This document shows positions 29,652-40,600 of a stretch of 64,000 nucleotides of DNA, one piece after another. The first letter of the stretch is position 1. Each line of letters starts with the position of its first letter. A program made the translations under genes and the position numbers. This stretch comes from Planctomycetota bacterium (GTDB lineage: Bacteria; Planctomycetota; PLA2; JAEUHO01), in contig CBDCTJ010000003.1 of the NCBI GenBank assembly GCA_965222115.1, positions 1 through 64,000 of the forward strand, written 5' to 3'. Under the pieces are notes generated by a model. The model saw only the letters and a list, made by a program, of their open reading frames with translations. It did not search any database and was not told the origin of the DNA.

Positions 29652-32600
29652 TTAAGCCTTCGCCAACCCGGCCCACGCTTGGTTTTCACCGGGAAGATCA
29701 AGCGCACTCAATCCATCCGAGCCACCGGCACGCGTGAATTCCACGGCCAGGATTTCGGAGGCGAGCCACGATGCGTGCGCATTGATAGCAGCGGCGACGT
29801 CGCCTTCGGCGAACCATGTGGCGTGTACACGATCTTCTACACGTAGGCCCGAGTCTTTGCGAAGTTGCTGTAGCTTGCGCAGCACTTCCCGCGCAAGTCC
29901 TTCTTGCTTGAGGTCCGGTGTGAGAACCGTGTCGAGCAATACAACAACGCCTCCACCGAACTCGGCCTGCGCATCGTCCTTGCTTTCGGCCACGACGCGA
30001 ATGTCGGAGGGTTTGAGCGTGACGTCACCGTCGGGCGTGCTCACGACGGGTGCGTCGGAGCGCAGGAGCGCCGCGACGTCATCGGCGGAAAGTGCTTCAA
30101 GGGCTTTCGCGACGACTGGCGTCTGCTTGCCCAAACGACGTGCCGCCTCGCGTTTGTCGAGGGTGGCGCCCAGTTCGCAGGAATCCGGGAGGTCACTTAG
30201 GAACTCCACACCCTTTACGTTGAGTTCATCCGTAGCAATGCGTTCGTTCTGCTCAAGGAACGCGTGCGCTCGCTTGGATAGTCCCCACACCTGCACACTG
30301 GCGAGCGGTTGCCGAACGCGTACTTTGGCTGCATCGCGTGCGGCGTGACCCAGCGAAACGACGCGCCGGAGGCCCACCATCCCGGCGTCCAAATCATCAT
30401 CGATCTTCTTCGCGTCTGCGACGGGCCAGGATTCGAGATGAACGCTCACGTTGGGCTTGTCCGACATGCGCAATGCGCGAAACATTGTGTCGGAGATGAA
30501 CGGCGCAAAGGGCGCCATCAACTTCAGGACCGTTTCGAGAGCACCCGACAGCGCGACGTACGCACTCACCTTGTCGGGCGAAAGATCGGCTCGGAAAAAA
30601 CGACGGCGATTGCGACGCACATACCAGTTGCTTAGATCTTCAACCACGAAGTCGGCCAGGCGCTTGCCCGCGCGCAGCGTATTGAAGTCGTCCATGTCGG
30701 CGCTGACATCGCGCGCCAACGCCTCCACGCGCGCGTCGAGCCACCGATCAAATACCGGGCGTTCGGCGGGCAGTTTGTGTTCCACACCCGCCTCGAAACC
30801 ATCGATGTTGGCGTAGGTCGCAAAGAAGCTGTAGGTGTTGAGTAGCGTGCCAAAGAATCGGTTGCGGATCTCGCGCAAGTCGTCTTCGTCGTAGCGCAGC
30901 GGCGTACCGAGGGGACGCACAAGCAAATGCCAACGGGCGATGTCGGCACCGTAGGTGGACATGATCTCAATGGGATCCGTCACATTGCCGCGCGACTTGG
31001 ACATCTTCTTGCCCTTGGCATCGAGCAGAAGGTCGAGTGAGGCGCAGCGTTCGTAAGCGGGCTTGCCCACGAGCATTTGGCTCACCGCAAGCAACGTATA
31101 GAACCAACCACGCGTTTGATCGACGCCTTCAGAGATGAATGCTGCAGGGTGCTCTGCTTCGACCTTCTCCTTGTTTTCAAAGGGATAGTGCCACTGCGCG
31201 AAGGGCATGGAGCCCGAGTCAAACCACGCATCGGCCACTTCGGGCGTGCGCGTCATGGTGCCCTTGCAGCCGTCTTCCGTGCAGCGCCACGTGAGCTCAT
31301 CCACATAGGGCCGATGGAGATCGGGTACGTCATGGCCCACATGCGTTTCGAGCGTCTTGACATCGCCGATGGCTTCTTCGTTCTTGCACTCGACATCGTC
31401 ACACACCCAAATCGGTAGCGGCGTGCCCCAATAGCGATCGCGCGATACGGCCCAATCCACATTGCCCTCGAGCCAGCGGCCAAAGCGCCCGGTGCCAACG
31501 CTCTCGGGCCACCACGTAACGCGTTCATTGGACGCAATCATCTCGTCCTTGAATGCCGTCGTGCGCAAGTACCATGAGGAGCGCGCCATGTAGATCAATG
31601 GACTGTCACAACGCCAGCAATGGGGATAGGAGTGAACACACGTCTCTTGCTTCCACATCATGCCGCGTTGCTTGAGCTCACGACTGATGGGTTTATCGGC
31701 ATCTTTGATGAACTGCCCCGCCACGAGGGATCCCGGCAGGAATCGTCCTTGATCGTCCAAAGGTTGAATGAGCGAAAGGCGCTCGGAGCGACCGATGTTG
31801 TTGTCGTCCTGCCCAAAGGCGGGCGCCATGTGTACAAATCCAGTGCCGTCCGACGTCGTAACGAAATCGCCGAGTACAACGCGAAAGCCCTTTAGCTCTT
31901 CGCCGTCGGTGGCGTCGTACCAGTCGAACATGCGTTCGTACGTTACACCTTCGAGATCCTTGCCAGTGACAGTCTTGATGACGTCGTGTTCCACACCAAG
32001 CGTGCCTCGTCGCGCCTCGGCAACCCAAAGCGTGCTGCCTTTGTGATTGCCCTCGGTGACATTGACCTGTGCATACGTAACATCGGGATGGACGGCAATG
32101 CCGGTATTCGCGGGTAGCGTCCAGGGTGTCGTGGTCCACACCAGGAAGTCGCCTTCACCATCCGAGCGACGAAAGCGTACGAATACGGATGGATCCTGCA
32201 CGTCTTGATAACCAAGACCGACCTCGTGGCTCGAAAGCGGTGTTGAACAACGGGGGCAGTAGGGCAGCACTTTGTGCCCGCGAAAGAGAATGTCTCGCCG
32301 GTGAAACTCGGCAAGGATCCACCAGAGCGACTCCATATAGTCGCGCTTCAACGTGATGTAGGGATTGTCCTGGTCGCACCAGTAGCCCATACGCCAAGTG
32401 AGTTCGTTCCAGTCTTTCAGGTACGAAAAGACCGAGTCGCGACATGCCTTGTTGAACTTCTCGACGCCGTACGCCTCGACGGCCTTCTTGTCCTTGAGCC
32501 CCAGCGCTTTCTCGACCGAGATCTCAACTGGCAAACCGTGCGTGTCCCATCCCGCGCGGCGTTCCACCAAGTAGCCCTTCATGGTGTGCAGCCGACACGC

Positions 32601-32804
32601 GAGATCTTTGACACTTCGCGCGAGCACGTGATGCATGCCTGGCTTGCCATTGGCCGTGGGCGGCCCCTCGTAAAACACCCAACGCTTGGCCCCCTCACGA
32701 ATCTTCAAGCTGCGTTCGAAGGTCTTGTCCGTCTCCCAACGCTCAAGGCATTCCGCTTCCAGGGCCAGGAGATTGAGGGGTTTGATGTCGTCGCGAAAGG
32801 GCAT
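29652..32804 (-). CDS. ileS: Isoleucine--tRNA ligase, type 2
   Basis: FYEGPPTANG, GWDTHGLP, WTTTPWTLP, DW.VSR.RYWG, EGVDQTRGWF, KMSKS, type-2 C-terminus EGLAREV..LQQLRK. Confidence 0.97.
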   Translation of the reverse strand: MPFRDDIKPLNLLALEAECLERWETDKTFERSLKIREGAKRWVFYEGPPTANGKPGMHHVLARSVKDLACRLHTMKGYLVERRAGWDTHGLPVEISVEKALGLKDKKAVEAYGVEKFNKACRDSVFSYLKDWNELTWRMGYWCDQDNPYITLKRDYMESLWWILAEFHRRDILFRGHKVLPYCPRCSTPLSSHEVGLGYQDVQDPSVFVRFRRSDGEGDFLVWTTTPWTLPANTGIAVHPDVTYAQVNVTEGNHKGSTLWVAEARRGTLGVEHDVIKTVTGKDLEGVTYERMFDWYDATDGEELKGFRVVLGDFVTTSDGTGFVHMAPAFGQDDNNIGRSERLSLIQPLDDQGRFLPGSLVAGQFIKDADKPISRELKQRGMMWKQETCVHSYPHCWRCDSPLIYMARSSWYLRTTAFKDEMIASNERVTWWPESVGTGRFGRWLEGNVDWAVSRDRYWGTPLPIWVCDDVECKNEEAIGDVKTLETHVGHDVPDLHRPYVDELTWRCTEDGCKGTMTRTPEVADAWFDSGSMPFAQWHYPFENKEKVEAEHPAAFISEGVDQTRGWFYTLLAVSQMLVGKPAYERCASLDLLLDAKGKKMSKSRGNVTDPIEIMSTYGADIARWHLLVRPLGTPLRYDEDDLREIRNRFFGTLLNTYSFFATYANIDGFEAGVEHKLPAERPVFDRWLDARVEALARDVSADMDDFNTLRAGKRLADFVVEDLSNWYVRRNRRRFFRADLSPDKVSAYVALSGALETVLKLMAPFAPFISDTMFRALRMSDKPNVSVHLESWPVADAKKIDDDLDAGMVGLRRVVSLGHAARDAAKVRVRQPLASVQVWGLSKRAHAFLEQNERIATDELNVKGVEFLSDLPDSCELGATLDKREAARRLGKQTPVVAKALEALSADDVAALLRSDAPVVSTPDGDVTLKPSDIRVVAESKDDAQAEFGGGVVVLLDTVLTPDLKQEGLAREVLRKLQQLRKDSGLRVEDRVHATWFAEGDVAAAINAHASWLASEILAVEFTRAGGSDGLSALDLPGENQAWAGLAKA

Positions 32805-32940
32805 GAGTCCGAAGTTTACGCGTGCCACGCGTGGCTACGCCGATGTTTCCAGGACTGTTACCACGGTCTTGGCGCCATTCCGCATGCCGTGCTCGCTCAC
32901 TACGTAGCGACCCCACGATCCGGCGGGGAAGGCCGCCACG

Positions 32941-33855
32941 TTAGCGCTGCACTGCCGTTCGCGTTGACTCCGCAATGTGTGCTTGCAGATAGCCAAGCAG
33001 CAGATCAACGCGTCCTGCGTCGCTAAGTCGTCTACGTCGAATGGCATACATGGGCGCCGCGGGCAACGTCTCGAATGGAAGCCTTCGGAGGCCGTGAGTC
33101 CTGGCGATTGCATTGGGAAGCACAGCAAGCAATCGCCCCTCCGTGCATGCGCGTACGCCAGTTGCCATGTGATCCGTGTAGAGCGCGATGTGACGCTTGT
33201 GTCCAACGGGCCAGCCATCGTTGCTTTTTCCCTGAGCGTCGGGAACGGGCGCAATAAAGGAGTGGCGTTCGAGGTCTTCCGTGGAGACGCGGGGAGGATC
33301 AAAAAGCGGATGACCCGGTCCGCAGTAAACCCCGTTGCTCTCTTCACCCAGAAACAGGGTTTCAAGTTGCTCATGCTCGATTGAGATACTTTGGAGTACG
33401 AGATCAACAGTCCCCTGCAATAGGTCGTCGACGATGGCGCCCCTTGGAATCGTTCGCAGATACACAGAAAGTGCCGGGTACACAGCGCGCATCTGTTCCA
33501 ACACGGGCTCGACGTGTACCGGCGTGATAACACCGCCACTTAGAATTCGAAGGGGCCCCACAAATGTCTCGCCACGCACATCCAAGACGCCGTCATGAAT
33601 CAATCGCATGCTGTCGCGAACGCGCGCAAGGAAGCGTTCGCCGGACGAATTCAAACGGAGTCGCCGCCCCTCTCGGATGAAGAGCGACCGCCCCAACTCC
33701 CTTTCCAAGAGGCCGATCGTGCGCGAGAGCGCCGATGGAGTGACAAAGAGAATCTTCGAGGCTGACGGCAGGTGCTCCGTCTCTGCAACCGTTCGAAAGG
33801 CGGGGATCCAATTCCAGATTCGCCCGGTTATCGCCTTCGGCTCCTGCGTATTCAT
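32941..33855 (-). CDS. LysR-family transcriptional regulator
   Basis: ASKILFVTPSALSRTIGLLERELGRSLFIREGRRLRLN. Confidence 0.93.
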   Translation of the reverse strand: MNTQEPKAITGRIWNWIPAFRTVAETEHLPSASKILFVTPSALSRTIGLLERELGRSLFIREGRRLRLNSSGERFLARVRDSMRLIHDGVLDVRGETFVGPLRILSGGVITPVHVEPVLEQMRAVYPALSVYLRTIPRGAIVDDLLQGTVDLVLQSISIEHEQLETLFLGEESNGVYCGPGHPLFDPPRVSTEDLERHSFIAPVPDAQGKSNDGWPVGHKRHIALYTDHMATGVRACTEGRLLAVLPNAIARTHGLRRLPFETLPAAPMYAIRRRRLSDAGRVDLLLGYLQAHIAESTRTAVQR

Positions 33856-33959
33856 TCGGATATTCTCAACAAATCATTCGAAAGATCAACATGATTGGAT
33901 CGATATTTTGCCCTAGCTTCCTTGCGGGCCCGGGCAAACGGCGAATCACGAGGATAACG

Positions 33960-34856
33960 ATGAACGGTAAACGGCTGGCCGCGATGGCCATGGCATTCCT
34001 AGTAGGTGGTGTCTCTGCGGGATGCGGAGGCAGTAGTAGCAGCAACAACACGGCGCCCGCAGCCATGCGAACGCTCGAGTGGAATCTCGCCGGGCTAGAA
34101 ACACTCGCGGCGGGCTTCGAGTACGAGGGCTGGATCATTGTCGGTGGCACGCCCGTGTCCACCGGCAAGTTCAATGTGGATGCGACGGGTACGCCGTCAC
34201 AGACAAGCACCATGATCAGTGAAGCCGATGCACTCGCTGCTACGGCATTCGTACTGTCCATTGAGCCCGTGCCCGATCCCGATCCAAATCCCGCTGCGAC
34301 CAAGATCCTCGGGGGCGACTTTGCTAACGGACAAGCTACGCTCGGCGTCGAACACCCCGCGGCGCTGGGTGATGACTTTTCGGGCGCCGAAGGACGCTTC
34401 ATTCTCGCTGCCCCCTCGGATCCTGGTGGAGGAACCGACACGCAAGGTATTTGGTGGGTGATTCCGGCCGGCGAAACGGATCCGGCATTGGTCCTACCAA
34501 CGCTACCGGTGGGTTGGGCCTATGAGGGCTGGGTGGTTACCAATACAGGGCCTGTGTCTACGGGTCGCTTCACGGACATCAATGCTGCCGACTCCGATGG
34601 TGCTGGTCCGGCCGCGGGCGCGGCACCCGGAAACGCTCCCGCAGTGCCCGGTCAAGACTTCATCAATCCAGCACTTGATCTTGTTGGCCTTGCTGCCGTG
34701 ATCTCCATTGAGCCGGAACCCGATGACAGCTCCATGCCTTTCGCGCTCAAGCCGCTCTTGACGCCCACGATTACGCCGGACACGGCACCCGTGCGGCAAG
34801 ATATGGGCAACAATGCAGCCGCGACCAATCCCACCGGGACCGCGATGATCAACTGA
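33960..34856 (+). CDS. Lipoprotein with two internal repeats (resembles anti-sigma-K/RskA C-terminal-like domain proteins)
   Basis: Lipobox SAGC. Duplicated YEGW.....PVSTG.F and SIEP.PD motifs. Divergent from LysR. Confidence 0.7.
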   Translation: MNGKRLAAMAMAFLVGGVSAGCGGSSSSNNTAPAAMRTLEWNLAGLETLAAGFEYEGWIIVGGTPVSTGKFNVDATGTPSQTSTMISEADALAATAFVLSIEPVPDPDPNPAATKILGGDFANGQATLGVEHPAALGDDFSGAEGRFILAAPSDPGGGTDTQGIWWVIPAGETDPALVLPTLPVGWAYEGWVVTNTGPVSTGRFTDINAADSDGAGPAAGAAPGNAPAVPGQDFINPALDLVGLAAVISIEPEPDDSSMPFALKPLLTPTITPDTAPVRQDMGNNAAATNPTGTAMIN

Positions 34857-34915
34857 GCGCAAACTTGATAGCGCATATACCGCCACGCGTTATGCACGCG
34901 TGGCCTAAACGATGT

Positions 34916-34954
34916 GTCGTCCGCCTTCTCGGCGGGCGGCGCTTCTCGTTTTTT
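34916..34954 (+). terminator. Putative intrinsic terminator
   Basis: GC stem gtcgtccgcc-ttctc-ggcgggcggc followed by a T-rich tract, between convergent genes. Confidence 0.5.
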
Positions 34955-34974
34955 CGGTTTCGGACTCGTACGGA

Positions 34975-35718
34975 TTAACGCGTAGCCGTCAACGCTCGCC
35001 GTTTCGCCACATCCACAAACGTCTTGAACAGCGCCTTGGTCAGGTCGTTATCGCGCATACGCTCCGGATGCCACTGCACGCCAATGCAGAATGGATGCTC
35101 CGGATCTTCGATGGCTTCTACCACGCCGTCTGCGGCCGTGGCGCTCACAACATAGCCGCGACCGACTTTGTCAACGGCTTGATGATGGAATGAGTTCACA
35201 CGCACTTTGGACTCGCCCACAATGGTTCCCAACCGTGTGCCGTCTTTGACGTGAATCGAGTGGCTCAATGCATTGGGTGGCACCGTTTTTTGCGCGTGCT
35301 GATGATGGCCTTCTACATCGCTTGGAATGTCTTGAATCAAACTTCCGCCCGCGGCGACGTTGATCACTTGCACGCCGCGGCAGATTGCAAAGATGGGTAA
35401 GCCCAAACGGCGCGCACCGTTGGCGAGCGCGACTTCAAACGCGTCGCGCCCGCCGTCCACTTCACCGAGTTCTGGATGCGGCTCTTCTCCGTAGGTGGCG
35501 GGGTCCACGTCCACACCACCACTCAGCAAGAGGCCATCCAACGACTCAAGCAATTTGTCTGCATACTTCGAGTGAATGTTGGGAAGCAGATAGGGAATGC
35601 CTCCCGCATCGAGCACGCAATCGACGTAGTACTGGGGCAGGCAAAATCGACGAACGCCGCGTGTGCCGGGCAGCAGCAAGGTTGATACGGAGAGTCCAAT
35701 TACCGGTCCCACAAGCAC
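34975..35718 (-). CDS. Gamma-glutamyl-gamma-aminobutyrate hydrolase family (peptidase C26)
   Basis: LDGLLLSGG.DV.P, AICRG.Q, VNSFHHQAV, GVQWHPE. Confidence 0.92.
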   Translation of the reverse strand: MLVGPVIGLSVSTLLLPGTRGVRRFCLPQYYVDCVLDAGGIPYLLPNIHSKYADKLLESLDGLLLSGGVDVDPATYGEEPHPELGEVDGGRDAFEVALANGARRLGLPIFAICRGVQVINVAAGGSLIQDIPSDVEGHHQHAQKTVPPNALSHSIHVKDGTRLGTIVGESKVRVNSFHHQAVDKVGRGYVVSATAADGVVEAIEDPEHPFCIGVQWHPERMRDNDLTKALFKTFVDVAKRRALTATR

Positions 35719-35833
35719 TCCTTAGGGCGGCGGCTAGGATTCAGGAACGTGGGTTCCACCTGGGCGCCCGATTGCGTCGGGTCAAAGTACCTCAATTTCA
35801 TCGCAAGTCCGCGATATCTGGCATGATGGAAGT

Positions 35834-37069
35834 GTGACAACGACCGCACACACCCCTTGCCGCATCGACCTCGCTGGCGGCACGCTCGATATCTGGCCCA
35901 TTCCCCACGTGCTCCCCGAGCCCGCCGTCACGGTCAACGTCGCGCTTGACTTGCCCGCGCGCACGCGCGTAACACGACTCAGTGGCGATGGCGCTCGGTC
36001 ACAAGAGATTCAGCTCGAGAGCATTGACCTCGGGCTTAGTGAAACCTTTCCATCTCGTGACGCGCTCGACATCGCCATTCGTGAGAAACGCGCTCAACTT
36101 CCCCTCCTGGGACGCGCTGTCCTTGCCGTGCGCGGGGCAGAAGGGATCGCCATCGAGACCGAGGCCGGGAGTCCGCAAGGCGCAGGGCTTGGTGGGTCCT
36201 CCGCGCTCCTTTGCAGTCTCTTGGGAGCGCTCTACCGCGCCCTTCGCTCCGACCCACATTCGCCCCATCTGACCAAGCGGCCTCGCGAGCGAGAGATTCA
36301 AGCACTCGCTCAAAATATCGAAACGAGTTTGTTAGGCACGCCCACGGGCTATCAGGACTATTACCCGCCCCTCTTTGGAGGCTGCTTAGCGCTAGAGGGA
36401 TCGCTGTCCGGCATTCAGGTGGAGCCGCTGTCGGTCAACTTGCGATCGCTGGCGCGCCGATTGCGGTTGGTCTATACCGGCGTGCCCCATGTGTCCGGCA
36501 TCACGAACTGGGGCGTCGTACGGGCTTACTTCGACGGTGAACGAAAGACTGTGGATGCACTTCATCGCCTAGCGCGCATTGCCCGCGACGTGCGCGACGC
36601 GCTGCGTGTAGGCGCACTCGACTTCGCACTTCACGGCGTCATCGCCGACGGCCGAGAACGATTGGCCATGGCACCCGGCATATCGACGTCGGAAATTGAG
36701 GAGTTCGATCGCGTCATGTGTGCCGCGGGCGCTATGGGTACAAAAGTCATGGGCGCGGGGGGTGGTGGCTGTGTGTTGGTGCTGCTCCCCGATCGTGAAG
36801 AAGTCATTCAAAGCGTGGACGAGGCCCTTGATCGAGGACCGTGGCAGCGGATCGACGTGGCACTCAGTAAAACGGGCCTCACGGTTGTAGACGAAAACGA
36901 CGCGTCGCGCGAAAAACGTGACCACGGTTCTCGGATGATCTCCGGCGCGTCGCCCTCCACGTCGATTCGAAGCGGAGACGAAACGAGTCCGGCAACGCAT
37001 GAGGCAGACGTGCCTGACACTCCCACAAGCAAAACGCGCCGACTCTTTCCAGGCGAGCCTCCCGCGTAG
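35834..37069 (+). CDS. GHMP-family sugar kinase (heptose-7-phosphate-kinase-like)
   Basis: PCRIDLAGGTLD, PQGAGLGGSS, TGYQDY, K.MGAGGGG. Confidence 0.88.
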   Translation: MTTTAHTPCRIDLAGGTLDIWPIPHVLPEPAVTVNVALDLPARTRVTRLSGDGARSQEIQLESIDLGLSETFPSRDALDIAIREKRAQLPLLGRAVLAVRGAEGIAIETEAGSPQGAGLGGSSALLCSLLGALYRALRSDPHSPHLTKRPREREIQALAQNIETSLLGTPTGYQDYYPPLFGGCLALEGSLSGIQVEPLSVNLRSLARRLRLVYTGVPHVSGITNWGVVRAYFDGERKTVDALHRLARIARDVRDALRVGALDFALHGVIADGRERLAMAPGISTSEIEEFDRVMCAAGAMGTKVMGAGGGGCVLVLLPDREEVIQSVDEALDRGPWQRIDVALSKTGLTVVDENDASREKRDHGSRMISGASPSTSIRSGDETSPATHEADVPDTPTSKTRRLFPGEPPA

Positions 37070-37642
37070 GTGCATACCGAAGACGTTTACGCCTCGTTTC
37101 GCTACAGAACAAAGTGGTTCGAGCTACTACTCTTTTGTCTATGGGCGCTACTGCCCATCGCACTGCTGATTGCTCGAATTCAACTCATTGCCGAGGGACG
37201 CGGCCTTCACATGTGGGGCATTGACGCCGTCATCTATCCGCTTTTCATCCTTTGGTTTCTCCGCATCCGACGTCTCCGATCCGGCCGCGGCGTCACGCTT
37301 CGACTCTCCTCCGATGCTTTGACGGTTGAACAGACAGGCCGTCCCGGGTGGTTGGATTTACTGAAGGGTCGCATTGCGGGCGAAAATGATGCCAAGCGTG
37401 ACAAATGGATCGTGCATCGATTTGCAAGAGCCGACGTGGCCTGCGTCGCCGTTGACAAGTACCACGAGCCTGACACGTCAACTCACTTCGGTCGCTTCAT
37501 TGCATTCGTTTCACTCAAAGGCCACGTCCAGCACAAGTTGTTCATGATTGACGAAATCAAACTCGTTGACGGCATCCAACTCAGTGAGTTCATCAAGACC
37601 GTGGATGCGTGGGTTGAACCACAGCGCGAATCGACCGACTAG
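37070..37642 (+). CDS. Hypothetical membrane protein
   Basis: Starts immediately after the kinase stop; two hydrophobic helices then a soluble domain. Confidence 0.6.
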   Translation: MHTEDVYASFRYRTKWFELLLFCLWALLPIALLIARIQLIAEGRGLHMWGIDAVIYPLFILWFLRIRRLRSGRGVTLRLSSDALTVEQTGRPGWLDLLKGRIAGENDAKRDKWIVHRFARADVACVAVDKYHEPDTSTHFGRFIAFVSLKGHVQHKLFMIDEIKLVDGIQLSEFIKTVDAWVEPQRESTD

Positions 37643-40600
37643 CGCGGGGGTAGTTTGAGGACTGGTACTTCGCCAACCGTCCATCGAACGGCGGGACCGC
37701 GAACGGGATGCTTGGGATCTGCGTAGTCGATTACATAGACATCCAGTGGGCCGGGTGGTACGCGCTCAAACTCGAATGTTCCGTCTTCGGCGATTTTCGC
37801 GTGATTGTTGTCGAGGGGCACATTGGTGGTGACCACGATCCGCGCATCTTCTCGCCTGCCCGTAAGGTCAATGCGCCCCCGCAACGGTACAGCGTCCACG
37901 ACTGGAATCGTCAGTTGCTGTCCGTGGGCAGGACGCACGTCTGTAAGCCAACCGAATTTCCCTTCGCCGAGTCGTCCCCACAGAAACATCCATCTCGCCG
38001 CGGCGGGCTGTCCTATCAACTTATGAGCTTGCGGTTCGAAATCCGATACTGCCGTGTTGCTTCCTCCCACCAACTGGCCGTCAGCACTATGGGCCTTGTA
38101 GCAGAGCATCGAATATTTGCCTTTGGGTGGAACAGGCCTTCCCAGTCGTACAGAAAAATCAATGCCTGGATCGAGTACAAATGTCACGTTCGCATCGCCT
38201 GGACGAAGTCGTATTGTCTTTGACTTCATTGCTCCGCGGATCACTTGGGCCATGACGCCCTCGCGCAGAATCTTGCGACTTTCGAATCGACCGGTCTCAT
38301 CGCTACGCGCGAGCGTAGTAACCATGCCTGAAGACGCGCGCGTTGTTATGCGAACTTTTGGAAATGCCGTACCATCGGGCTTGCGCACGAAGCCACTGGC
38401 GGTGAAGTATCGATTCACGACAATGCGTTCGTTCCGTGGCGACCAATCGCGAAGCGTCTTGGACTGCACCGGTGATTTGAACGACTGCTTGCCAACATGA
38501 AGTCGATACGTGGCCTCGGGGTCCAACCCTACGAGCGTCACCATTCCTTTGCTGTCGGTCAACGTACGTGCTTCGTCACGCCACACAAAAGGATCTCTTC
38601 GATCTGAACGCACCGCTTGTACAACTACGGATTCCAGCGGTTGACCGTTGTCATCCACCACGTGTATGTCGGCGGTCACGGCGGCGCGGAGTCTCAGCGT
38701 CACACTGTTCGTTCCTCGCTCCACAACGGTCCTTGGATCCGGGGCAATCCCCGAAGTCCCCTTGACGTGTAACGCATAACGATACGGACCCAGCCCTTCG
38801 ATGCGAAAGGCCCCTTGCTTGCCGACATACGTATGGCCGTGGGCTATCGGAAACTCTACTTCTTCGCCATCTCTGGAGACCAATGGACGCGCCTCTATCT
38901 GCGCACCACGTTCTGCGGGTTTGTCGCCAATCATGACTGTGCCTGAGACAACGCGCTCGGGGTGCACGCGCACGCTGTTGTCATCCGGCTTGCGCGTTCC
39001 AGCAGGAATGATCACCGCGCCCAATGCCATCCGCTTACTACTGCCGTCTCGAAAGTTGTAGATGCTCACAATGTCGGGTGGAACGCCCCCATAGCCTTCG
39101 TATGTTTCCTGCCACTCAGACTCGACGCTACTCGTGCGTTGGCCGTTTTTGCCCCACGTTGTGCATGTCGCGTGATCGACGCGAATGCCGTCCGGCGTCT
39201 CGAGTTGCATCCGGACCGTCACGCGATCGCGAGCCTCTGCGTCCTCTTTGGATTCGGCGCGCTTCCAATCCCAGGGAATCTCAATCTGAACGTCTTGGTC
39301 GCCCGCGTCCGCTTCGACGCGCCCCTTTCGTATCCGACCGTCGGAACAGTGCGCCTCAACGGACACGGTCCAGCGACCCGGTTGCAGACCATGCACAACG
39401 AACGAATGTGGGACTGTGTTCACGTCGAGTTGCGTATCGTTTTCCGCATGAGGATGCCCTTGATGTGCCGTGACGCTGGCGAAATAAATGCCTCCCGGCT
39501 GTAGGCCATGGGGGGGAAATCGAACCACACCGCGAATCGACTTTCCGGTGCGCACGGTGATATTCACCGATTGGATTGCTGAGTCCGATGGCTCCAACCA
39601 CGTAGTTCTCTCGCTGGTACTGAGAAGATGCTTCCCGTACACTCGCACGCCGAGTTCCCCATGGGGCAGTCCAATGAGGCGCGCCACACCCTCTGGGCCA
39701 GTTACTGCGCCACCGGCTATTGTTGCATAACCACGCTTGCCCGTCTTCAGGACGGGCCGTACGACAACACCCGCGATCGGAACATCTTGATCCTTGTCGA
39801 TCACGTGCACGTGAATCTCACGGTTCAACCGAATGCGACGCGTGACCAACCGTACGTCACGAGCACCGGCTTCAATCGGATGCGTAGGCCCCTTCATGTG
39901 GCGCAGCGCATGCTCGGCAACGATGTGCGGACCTCGCATGGAAACAGCGTGGAGTGTGCCGGGTAGCACAGACTGAATAACAAAGCTCCCGTCTTCGAGC
40001 GTAGCTGTGCTTGGCGTTTCTCGAACAAAACGATCATCCCAGCGTCGATCGGCATGATGAGGCGCAGCAGTCACGTGGACACCTTGGACGCCACGTCCTT
40101 CCTCATCGACAACGGCTCCTGCGATCGTCTCCAGTCGCTCAACCGTGAGCAATACGTCGTCCGTTGATTCCGTATCCACGACGAACGGATTCCGCCCTCC
40201 GGGTGAAGCACCTGCCAACTCAATCGATCCCCAGCCGTTCCCGTAAGCGAACGCCACCAATACATAGCCTTCGGCCGTAGTACGCGGTGCACGAAACGCG
40301 CCATCCGGGCCGCTGACGACTCTGTGTTTCTGCTGATAACTGGCAAATCGCCCCGATCGGCAGATTCCTATTCGCACAGGAACATCAGGGACTGGATTGC
40401 CTTTGCGGTCGACGACGCGTCCGTGTAACTCGGGTGCACGACGCAGACGAAACGTAAGTTCGCCTTCGGCTTCTTTGAATTCCCGCGTGACGCTCTCGAA
40501 TCCTGGGCATGAAGCGCTGATCGTAATCTGCCCGTCGTGATTGAACGTGTCGACGGCGAACGAACCGTTTGCGTCCACGTCAATGCCAAGACGCTCCACA

